This document shows, piece after piece, positions 24,110 to 34,283 of a stretch of 46,375 nucleotides of DNA. The notes under the pieces are model-generated. The model ran no database searches. It was not told where the DNA came from and worked only from the letters and a program-made list of their open reading frames with translations. Each line of letters opens with the position of its first letter. Positions within the stretch are counted from its first letter, which is position 1. Source of the stretch: Octopus bimaculoides (taxonomy: Eukaryota); the NCBI RefSeq assembly GCF_001194135.2, contig NC_068981.1, positions 199,325,593 through 199,371,967 on the forward strand. The letters run 5' to 3'. The translations under genes were made by a program, and so were the position numbers.

Positions 24110-24668
24110 GAGTGAGAGAGGGAGCAGTGCATGCCATCGAAGTGACACTGGGGTATAAATATACAAAACTTAATATACCCATCATATCTACCCATTTGAG
24201 GAGGGTACATGTGGCACATGCATCACAACCACGTGTGCACAATATGGTAATCTCATATCCAAATAAATGGTGCATGACCTTGCAGGCGGGGCTCAGTTAA
24301 GAAATTTCAACAGGCTAAGAAGTCCATCCTGTTCAAAAGGTCCTTGATTAGAGCTTGTTTAAGGGTGATGAGTAAAACACCCATGTTTTCAGAGGTGAGT
24401 TATTCAAACCCCAAAGAATCCTTCTCAACACATGGCTATGATGCTCCCCCACTACTTCTGCTCATCATCAGAGATGCACATATTGTCAGCCACCAAGGGA
24501 CATGCTCAACTGGTTAAGGTCAAACAACTGACAAGCAAATCTGTGGTATGGAGCAGAATATTTGCTGTAGGCCATCTTTTTATACCAAGACAAAACCTGC
24601 ACATATTAACACTTCCAATCAGTTAAGATCAGAAACCATGAGAGCAACTGCCTGGTACTGCACCAGGG
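24110..24668 (-). mobile_element. About 560-bp non-coding element embedded in an (ATT)n microsatellite
   Basis: Second copy at 7841-8194. (ATT)n on both sides (about 24099-24109 and 24674-24740). No ORF and no tRNA boxes recognised. Confidence 0.75.
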
Positions 24669-24690
24669 TATATCATTATTATTATTATTA

Positions 24691-24742
<52 letters not shown>

Positions 24743-25458
24743 AATCATAATATTATTATCAGACATTGTTTTCCTTGTTTTCTTTCTTTTCTACTAAATA
24801 ACAGTCTCATTAAAACATTGCTCCAGTTTATCTTTCTTTTCTTTGTTTAACAAAACTACAACCAAGAAATTATTATGAATTTAGTTCAATTAAAGCAATT
24901 TAGTTTAATTAAAACACCTGATATATTTAATAATATTACAATTCATTTGTCTTTTATCCTGGAGGATTATCTTCAATATATTCTGATTAAAACCTAGCTT
25001 GAATAATTTTAAAATCTTTCAAGTGAAATATTTTACAAAATAGTTTTAATTAATTTAATTATTGTTCTGCAATATAGAGTTGTGAATTTGAAACCAAATT
25101 ATAGCAGTTGATTACTGCTGCCAAACTAACGAGGAATAATTTGGGAAAAACTGACTCACAGCAAAGCAGCTTTTTTTATAAAGGTTTCGGCAGTTAAGAA
25201 AGTAAACTGTTTTCTTTGTTACCTTGGTAACAATTTTGTGGATCCATATATTGCTTAAAAAATCAAGGATGTTTATGGAGAGAAAAGAAACAGCAAAAAC
25301 TGAGGGAAGAACTGATTGGAAAAGAGGGGAAATATGTGAAGAATTCAGAAATTTATGTCTAATCTAAAACATTTGAAGATGAGAGGAAATCCTCATCATG
25401 ACCGTTTTCATACATTATTTACACTTGACGGATATTTGTCCTCATCTTGTTTGTTGTT

Positions 25459-25504
25459 AACACAAAGTTTCGGCTGATATACCCTCCAGCCTTCATCAGG
25501 TGTC
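25459..25504 (-). ncRNA. Minimal type I hammerhead ribozyme, copy 3 (one substitution from consensus)
   Basis: GACAC CTGATGA A GGCTG-GAGGGTATAT-CAGCC GAAA CTTT GTGTT. Helix I is GACAC/GTGTT and helix II is GGCTG/CAGCC. Confidence 0.7.
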
Positions 25505-25551
25505 TTGGGGAAATTTCAAACCTGGGTTCTCATTCCTAAGGTATTTTTCGA

Positions 25552-25622
<71 letters not shown>

Positions 25623-25732
25623 TTCAGGTCACTGCCTGGAATCAAATTTGGAATCTTGGGGTTAGTAGCCTGCGCTCTTAACCACGATTCGAAGATTAGC
25701 CAAGATTCCGAGTTTGATTTCCAGGTAGTGAT

Positions 25733-25815
<83 letters not shown>

Positions 25816-25876
25816 TAATAACAACAGCATCGAAAAATACTTTAGGAATGAGAACCCAAATTCAAAATTTCCCCAA

Positions 25877-25919
25877 GACACCTGATGAAGGCTGGAGAGT
25901 ATATCAACCAAAATGTGTT
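25877..25919 (+). ncRNA. Decayed hammerhead copy 4
   Basis: GACAC CTGATGA A GGCTG GAGAGTATAT CAACC AAAA TGTGTT. G12 has been lost by a CG to CA change. Confidence 0.5.
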
Positions 25920-25978
25920 AACAACAAACAAGATGAGGACAAATATCCATCAAAAATATAAATAATGTAAATATTGTA

Positions 25979-26109
<131 letters not shown>

Positions 26110-26881
26110 AAGTGTTTAAAGTTTACTGAAAACGTTTTCTCCAAGAATAATGTACCATAAGCATCAGAAGCCATTGTGATCATCCCTATCGTTTTTTTTT
26201 TTTTAGTTCTAACTTTCTCTTTAGATTTTAACAATCTAAAGAATTAGAAGAAACTGACTTTTAAGTCTTCAAAAGATTATTGTCGAAAGTGAAGATTTCA
26301 TTTTATTAAATAATTTTAGTTAGTTTTGTTAGAATCTCAAGATATTCAACTAGAACTCCATCTATTTAGTTTTTTAAACATATTTTGACACTCCTCCAAA
26401 GTTCCAAATAGATTTAATAGAATATTGAGATAAATATTTCTTCAAACCCTATCCAGAGTTAATAGTCTGGCATTCATTTCACATAATTTCAGAATGTTCC
26501 TCTCACCTTCATATAAAAACACTTGAAAACAGCTGTCAATTATGAAAACTTCCACCTTAGAAGAGAATCCGAAAAGTTCTGCAGTTTTTCCTGATAGAAC
26601 TACACTTTCACCATTTATGTTTTAATAAATATTTCTTTGTGAACCAACACAATAATTTATGTTCAAAGACAAACATAAACTTGGTCAGAAATCACATTTC
26701 TGTAGATTTAGGGAACGGGAAATGTCATAATATAACATTCAAAATTGGAAGATTCCATTTTGGGTTAAGAGGGACAGCAAGTAGTTCTCAGGAAATGAGA
26801 CAATAATAAAAATAAATATAATGACTGCAAATGACTGGGAGGGAAAATAGTGTTGAAATGTAAAAGAGATAGAGAGAAGGT

Positions 26882-27628
26882 AGGAATATGGTTTGGGAGA
26901 AAAGGAAGGTGAAGAGGGGTGGGCAGTAGGAATACGGTTTGGGAGAAAAGGAAGGTGATGAGGGGTGGGCAGTAGGAATATGNNNNNNNNNNNNNNNNNN
27001 NNNNNNNNNNNNNNNNNNNNNNNNNNNNNNNNNNNNNNNNNNNNNNNNNNNNNNNNNNNNNNNNNNNNNNNNNNNNNNNNNNNNNNNNNNNNNNNNNNNN
27101 NNNNNNNNNNNNNNNNNNNNNNNNNNNNNNNNNNNNNNNNNNNNNNNNNNNNNNNNNNNNNNNNNNNNNNNNNNNNNNNNNNNNNNNNNNNNNNNNNNNN
27201 NNNNNNNNNNNNNNNNNNNNNNNNNNNNNNNNNNNNNNNNNNNNNNNNNNNNNNNNNNNNNNNNNNNNNNNNNNNNNNNNNNNNNNNNNNNNNNNNNNNN
27301 NNNNNNNNNNNNNNNNNNNNNNNNNNNNNNNNNNNNNNNNNNNNNNNNNNNNNNNNNNNNNNNNNNNNNNNNNNNNNNNNNNNNNNNNNNNNNNNNNNNN
27401 NNNNNNNNNNNNNNNNNNNNNNNNNNNNNNNNNNNNNNNNNNNNNNNNNNNNNNNNNNNNNNNNNNNNNNNNNNNNNNNNNNNNNNNNNNNNNNNNNNNN
27501 NNNNNNNNNNNNNNNNNNNNNNNNNNNNNNNNNNNGGTAGGAATATGGTTTGGGAGAAAAGGAAGGTGAAGAGGGGTGGGCAGTAGGAATACGGTTTGGG
27601 AGAAAAGGAAGGTGAAGAGGGGTGGGCA
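26882..27628. repeat. 46-bp purine-rich minisatellite spanning an assembly gap
   Basis: Unit aggaatayggtttgggagaaaaggaaggtgaagaggggtgggcagt, with at least two copies on each side of gap 26983-27535. Confidence 0.85.
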
Positions 27629-27644
27629 AGCAGAATAGTAAAAT

Positions 27645-27790
27645 GTAGCAGCTATCCTCAATTCTAATAAGGTGTCCAGTCCAATGTAACTGATGCTTGT
27701 GCACCATTGCCTCAATACTCAAGATATCAGCTGTCCTCAGGACCTGTGTGTCTGGAGTTTTTAAGGTCCAGCCAACATTGAGAATGTGTC
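27645..27790 (-). mobile_element. BovB-like RTE LINE C-terminal fragment
   Basis: YLRHILNVGWTLKTPDTQVLRTADILSIEAMVHKHQLHWTGHLIRIED matches the RTE thumb pattern LR.IL.I.W...I.N..VL..A...SIEA.....QLRW.GH..RM.D. Confidence 0.7.
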
Positions 27791-27954
27791 TGAGATATCA
27801 CTGACGAAAGTGTTCAAGGACCCTTACATGACGTTTGTAAAGGGTCTATGTCTCACATGAGTAAAGAGGAACGGTGTCAGTACACATACATACATAGATA
27901 CACACACACACACAGACACACACACACAAACACATATATATATATATATATATA

Positions 27955-28219
27955 AAGCACCATTTGAGCATGGCCATTGCCAGTACTGCGTGACTGGCCC
28001 TCGTACCTGTGGCTGGTAAAAACACCCACTACACTCTCAGTGTGGTTGGCGTTAGGAAGGGCATCCAGCTGTAGAAACTCTGCCAGATCAGATTGGAGCC
28101 TGATGTAGCCATCTGGGTCACCAGTCCTCAGTCAAATCGTCCAACCCATGCTAGCATGGAAAACAGACACTAAACAATGATGATGATGTTGATGACGATG
28201 ATGATGATGATGATGACGA

Positions 28220-28220
<1 letters not shown>
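27955..28220 (+). mobile_element. RTE-tail element (same subfamily as 11890-12203)
   Basis: cccactacactctc...gtggttggcgttaggaagggcatccagctgtagaaactctgcca...ccaacccatgctagcatggaaaacag...(GAT)n. Confidence 0.75.
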
Positions 28221-28260
<40 letters not shown>

Positions 28261-28291
28261 CAAAATAAGCAACACGGATTTCAAAGATGAT

Positions 28292-28379
28292 TGCAGTACG
28301 CACGTTTCATGCTACTCCATTTATTTAAGTAATGCGAGCATTACATTAAATGCAATATGAAGAGCAATCTTCAGCTGCA
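28292..28379 (-). ncRNA. Candidate Penelope-type hammerhead ribozyme with long helix II
   Basis: TGCAG CTGAAGA TTGCTCTTCAT...ATGGAGTAGCAT GAAA CGTGCG TA CTGCA. Helix I is a perfect 5 bp, helix III is self-complementary ACGUGCGU, and the triplet is GUA. A U.U pair closes helix II. Confidence 0.55.
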
Positions 28380-28615
28380 CGAAAATGCAGAAAATTACAG
28401 TAGAATAGACATATTATAATTGTGGCAACATTTCAAATCCAAGTGGGAGAAAGAATACATAAAAATCCAAGTGGGAGGAAGAATACATAAATCCATCTTG
28501 ACATAGCCGAGTCTATCAGGCTAGTAATTGATTCTAGACAAAAGTTCTAACTGTCTATATATATATATATACACACATATATATACATACATATATATAT
28601 GCATACATATATATA

Positions 28616-28905
28616 ATCCAGGACCAGATACTGCAACAGCTTGGGTTTCAAGGGCTGACAGCTCTTCAATATCCTCCCAAAATGCCTGAGAGACCTGCAT
28701 GGTGTGGATGTAGGTGTCTTCAAAGCAAAACTGGATCTCCCCCTGTCAAGGGATCCAGATGAGCCTACCTCGCGGCAGGAAACACAGATGAGGGCAGCAG
28801 CATCAAACTCCCTCATTCACCAAATGCCACATATCAGAGGAGGTTCCAAATAATGGTGTAGCACAGTCAACGGTGGTGCCCCAGCATTACCACAGCTTTG
28901 AAGCT
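28616..28905 (+). mobile_element. CR1-group LINE 3' end fragment
   Basis: RTRYCNSLGFKG*QLFNILPKCLRDLHGVDVGVFKAKLDLPLSRDPDEP...RAAASNSLIHQ fits the CR1-group C-terminal pattern GP.LFN.LP..LR....V..FK..LD..L...PD.P. Confidence 0.6.
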
Positions 28906-28940
28906 GAAACAATTTAAAGTATTCAAAGAATTAAAGGATC

Positions 28941-28984
<44 letters not shown>

Positions 28985-29579
28985 TTGAAAAAATGAGTAG
29001 AGATAGCTTTTTTGAGGGGCTAATTTTTATTAAGTGAGGACCAACACTCGAAAGGAACTCAGCCACTTTGCCATATATGTATGGTGTGGCTGTGTGGTAA
29101 GAAGTTACCCAAGGACCAGGTGGTGGTGTTTAACTGGATGATCACCGAGTGGACTCCACTAAATGTGCCCAAGGTTGTTTGTAATGGAATGAAAATTTTG
29201 TTTGCAAGTTGGAATATCAACATTCTAAACAAATGTTTAATTAAAATGAAAGCCACATGTTTTGATCCAATGCTGTCTGATGCAACAAATAAATAAATAC
29301 ATTCTTCTCTAATTTTGAAATTGTCTTTGAATTTTTTTACCCTGATATTTCCAGATCAGTCTATTTTAGCTTTAAATCTAAATATTTGCATAAATTTCTG
29401 CAAAAAAAAAAAATGAAAATATATAAAATGAAAAATAAATAAAAGAAGTTTTCATGTAGCAGTATGGCTGATCTTTTTGGTTCTTGTCATTTTATTATAA
29501 AATGCAGATTAATGCTATTTTTAGTGAGAATATTTAGGCATAAATATGTGGCTATAAATTTTCACTGACATCTCATGTT

Positions 29580-29700
29580 CTTCATCCATCATCATCATCA
29601 TCATCCTCATCATTGTCATCACCATCGTCATCAGCATCGTCATCATCATCATCGTCAGTTATCATCGTCATCACCGTCATCACCATCATCAGCCTCACTG
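29580..29700. repeat. Degenerate (CAT)n microsatellite
   Basis: Direct reading of the sequence. Confidence 0.85.
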
Positions 29701-29831
29701 TCATCCTCTAGTGCTGGATTAAGAGGTAGATGGAAAACAGATTAAATTTATTCCAGGATCTTAAACAATATTTTGGTTGAGTGAGGATTTTAGCTGAACT
29801 CACTCAAACTTACACTTGTGAGTAGAATAAG

Positions 29832-29940
29832 ATAGAAGAAGAAGGAAGAAGAAGAAGAAGGAAGAAGAAGAAGAAGGAAGAAGAAGAAGGAAGAAGAAGG
29901 AAGATGAAGAAGGAAGAAGAAGGAAGAAGAAGGAAGAAGA
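29832..29940. repeat. (GAA)n / GAAGAAGGAA polypurine microsatellite
   Basis: Direct reading of the sequence. Confidence 0.9.
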
Positions 29941-30082
29941 GGGGTGTACATTCAAAATTAGGAATAAATTCAATGAGAATTTGGGAATTGGTCAACTAGC
30001 AATCTCCATAGAGATTTGGTCTTCATGGAGCAACCAAATATGTCTTCAAAATATGATGGAATATATATTGGTATGTACTCAT

Positions 30083-30113
<31 letters not shown>

Positions 30114-30123
30114 ACACACACAT

Positions 30124-30400
30124 ATCATCATCATCATCATTATTATCATCTTCATTTAACATCCATTTTCCATGCTGGCATGGGTGGGACGGTTTGACAA
30201 GAGCTGACCAGCTGAAGGGCTGTTCAGGCTCCATGTCTGTCCTGGCATGGTTTCTATGGCTGGATGCCCTTCCTAACGCCAACCACTTTGCAGACTGTAG
30301 TGGGTGCTCTTTACATGGCACCAGCAATTACAAGCCTGCAAGATTAGGGATGCTCAGCTGGAGAGGGTTGCAAGGGATGAGTCTGTAGTCCAAGGGCAAC
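30124..30400 (-). mobile_element. RTE 3' tail copy
   Basis: (CAT)n tttaacatccattttccatgctggcatggg...ctggatgcccttcctaacgccaaccact. Confidence 0.8.
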
Positions 30401-30513
30401 CACGTTTTTGCTTAGCTTGACGTGTCTTTTCAAGCATAACAAACAGTCAGGACTTCCAATCCCCTCTCATCCCCTTTGTGAATCCCAACATTTGTAGATC
30501 CTTTATACATAGG

Positions 30514-30983
30514 CATCATCATCATCGTCATCATCGTCATCATCATCATCATCATCATCCTCATCATCATCCACTTTCAATGTTGGTATGGGTTAGACAG
30601 TTTGACAGGAGCCGTTTTGGTAGCGTTTTTACAGCTGGATGCCCTTCCTAACACCAACAACCCCAGCAGAGTGGACCGAGTGCTTTTTATGTGACACACG
30701 CACAGGCGAGGTCAGTTTTGACAAGGTTTTTACAGCTGGATGCCCTTCCAAATGCCAACCAGTTTACAGTGTGGACTGGATGCTTTTAACATGGCACCAC
30801 ATGGGAAGGGTCAGCAAATAACCTGCAAGACAAAAAAATCATTGAGAGGGGAGGGGGCATTGGAGGAGGTGATCTTGTGTCAGATGAGGGAAGGTTATAG
30901 TGAGACAGAGAGACAGAGACAGGTGTCTTGCTGTAGGGGAGGTACAAGATTACCCGGCAAGTGAGAGAGAAGGAGAGGAAAAC

Positions 30984-31076
<93 letters not shown>

Positions 31077-33405
31077 GCAAACAGAAACAGGTGTACTGCT
31101 GTAAAAGAGATACATGGTTATCCAACCTGAGGGAGGAACAGGGGAAGAAGAGAAAGAGAGAGCGAGAGAGAGAGAGAGTGGGAAATAGCAGGAGAGAGAT
31201 GATGGAAAACTGCCGGGCATAATCACAAGGGATGGGGATCAGAATATAAATGGGATGGTCAAGCAAGAGAAGAGAGAGATGGATGGCAAGTAGCAGAGCA
31301 AGTACCCCTGAGGTACAGAGGTCACAATATAAGTGGCAGGACACTCTCTATCCAAAGAAGCATGAGTAGGGAGTGGGGGGATGGAAGTGGTGAAAACCTG
31401 GGTATATAGAGGCGGGGGTGGAGGGCTACTGGATATCAATGATACAGTGAACAGGGCCTTGAGGACAGGATTGGAGAGCGAGAGACAAGCAAAGTGTGTG
31501 GAAGAGGAGATTGAGGAAGAGAAGAGATGTAGAGGTGTATTTGGTTTGTTGGGGCCAGGATGTGTGAAAGGTTTTCTTGTAATGTTTGGGTGGAACACTT
31601 TGAGAACTCAGTTCCACTGGCATAGGTGAGTCTTCTCAAGAACCTCAAATTGCCAGACACCTCGGTCCATTGTCACTTCCTCCATGAACCCTAATATCCT
31701 GAGATTGGTCCTTACCACTTCATCCCACATCTTTCTGGGTCTACATTTTCTGCAGGTACCCTCCACTTTCAGTGATCAGACTTCTTTATACACTTGTCTT
31801 CATTCATATGCATCACATGTCCAAACCAACATTAGTCTTCTCTCTTGCATTCTACATTTGATTTCTCTTATGACCCACTTTTCTCTCGATACATTTGCAC
31901 TTTGTCCTACATGTGCCCTGATAATGCAAATCCAGTGGAGCATACTGCCTTCATTTCTTTCCAATCTATGCATGTCTTACGCATTCAAAGCCCATGTCCC
32001 ACTATCATGTAATACAGCCGTTCTTACATAAGCATCATAGAGTCTACCTTTCACTCTGAGAGAGAGTCCTTTTGTTGCCAACAGAGGTAATAGTTCTCTG
32101 AACTTTCTCCATCCTATTCTTATTCTAGAAATAATACTCTCAGAGCATCCACCACCATTGCTAATTTGGTCACCTAGGTAACAGAAACTTCCTTGTCATT
32201 TGAGAGAATCTAAGCCCCGTGTGCTCTTAATGCTTATTGTTCCTACACCTCTGCCACATAGGAAGACAACTTTATCTCTTAACCTATCTGTGATTCCACT
32301 ACACCTCTTATGTGTCCATGGTTTACACTGGATGCAGAAAATGGAATTACTTTCAACTCCTTTCCTACATATTGAGCAGGGCCATTTACCTGACAGAAAG
32401 AGAATCTTGTCTGCTTTCTTGTTCACAATAACTTTGGTCTTTCCAACGTTCATTTTAAGACTCTTTGATTCCAGGTTTTGCTTGCATACTTGGAATTTTT
32501 TCTCCAATTCTACTACAGATTCTGCAATAAGAGTGAAGTCACCAGCATAAAGTAGTTCCTGTGGGTGGGTATCCAATCTTGAGTTCCTCTGTTATGGCCT
32601 GGAGGACTATAATGGATAAGAGTGGGCTGAGAACTGAGCTTTGGTGAACCCCTACTTGTTCGCTAAACTCATCACTGTATTCGTGGATGCCTCTCACCTT
32701 ACTGACAGCACCATATTACATGGTTTGGATGGCTCTAACAAGCCACTCCACTACTCCTAGCTTCCTTGGAGACCACCACATAACAATGCAGGGAACTCTG
32801 TTGAAAGCTTTCTCCAGGTCAACAAAAGCTTAGTACAATGACTTACCTTTGGCCAAATACTTTTCCTCGCAGCTGTTTCACTTGGAAGATGGCATCTGTA
32901 GTGCTCTTCCCAAGTACAAAAACCAAACTGCATCTCATCTAGTTCAATTCTATTCCTAATCAATTGAACTTCTCAGTAATTTTCATGACTTGGTCCAGCA
33001 GCTTGATATCTCTGTAGTTGTTTCTTAGTGACTCCTCTACTCTACTAAGCTGTACCCTACAATGCCAGAAATTTTAATCATCTTAGCAGTGATTCCTGAT
33101 GGTCAAGGAGCTTTCCCTGTCTTCATGTCCTTAACTGCTTTATCTATAATGCTGCCATCACCTGTGATGGCTGGTCCCTCAACTGGTTCGATATTTGGTA
33201 GATTCTCCTTCTGCCTTTCATTTTCCACATTTAGTAACCTTTCACAGTGACACTTCCATGCATCTTTCTTCTCGGAGTCACTAAGTGCAAGCATACCATT
33301 ATCCATCCGCACACATTTCTCACCTACCACACATCTATTTTCTCTGCTTTGCAATCCTGAACACCTTGTGCCTCTGACCTCCGATCCTCATGCTGTAGGA
33401 CATTT
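30514..33405 (-). mobile_element. 5'-truncated RTE-clade LINE, longest copy (linker, RT with PHD finger, about 1.1-kb 3' UTR, (GAT)n tail)
   Basis: VVGEKCVRMDNG...KTGKAP (33103-33354); MQFGF and downstream motifs (32757-32963); YAGDFTLIAES...KTKV...CSICRKGVESNSIFCIQCKPWTHKRCSG (32196-32576). Frameshifted, with the catalytic YADD mutated. Confidence 0.9.
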
Positions 33406-34283
33406 GCATTTAGTGTGAAAATTCTTGAGGAGAGGGAAGGAAAAGAAAGATGAGAGGAAAAGGTAAAGAATTGAAACAAAATAAAATAAAACGAGAGATT
33501 GAAAAATCAGGTAGAGGCAAAACAAATTAGGGGTGGGGGATGGTCCGTGCACTGCCAAGAAAATGGTTTTGGATTACAAAACCTAAGCTAAAGATAATGT
33601 GCACTGTATAGTTGTAGTATAGGCAATAAACCATGTAAACTTAAAGCTATGCCCCCATCATTATTCAAATGAGGTTCAGTAAAGCAATGAAGTATCCAGT
33701 TACATGATCTTAAAATTGAGTTCAAAATACGATGTCACCGTATCACTAGTCCATAGTAACCACTTGTAAAATAAATTTCACTCAGAGACTCTTTGACACA
33801 AATACATACATAAATATCATCCAGTTACATGATAAAACGTAAAACTTTATGTATTCTACGTTTACAAGCCAAAGTCATTCGAGAATTCCTATTCAGAATC
33901 GTTTATCTAAAACGTTCAACAATACTTCAGTTGTGCATAAATCGTTTTATCTTTAATTGTTGTCTTCTATGACGTTTACCAAAATCTTCCATTGCATCGC
34001 TTAATGTTTCTTTCTTCCAAACACTATGTATAGACCGTAAGCAGAGTCGTACGCTTTCTAGCCAGGTTCTGAAATGAACGTTTATAATATCTGTTTTATA
34101 TCTTTTAGCTTTTAAACCTACTTAAACCCGTCTAGCGGCACGGGTCTTAGTCGTATATTCCACATTGTAAATTAAAGTTCATATTTAAAGTCAAAATGTT
34201 TATATTAATATGATTGCATAAATAGAAAAAAATTATTATTTCTAAATCTCTGAACGAGAAACATTCAGTAACAGTACTCTAGA

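Larger units (their letters stand above)
25410..25970. mobile_element. Head-to-head inverted pair of the tRNA/hammerhead element (minus arm about 25410-25686, plus arm about 25700-25970)
   Basis: Both arms match 9855-10101. Each has a truncated tRNA head, an expanded (AAT)n and a hammerhead core. Termini are tacattattt...aaataatgta. Confidence 0.85.

Noticed and set aside
29085-29175. SINE head (ggtgtggctgtgtggtaagaag...)
   Set aside because: Only an A-box-like start is visible; there is no B box or tail.
31290-31340. TSVPQGY in the RTE 3' UTR as a second RT motif
   Set aside because: The homologous copy near 22490 reads FGPQGY, and no other RT motifs are in register.
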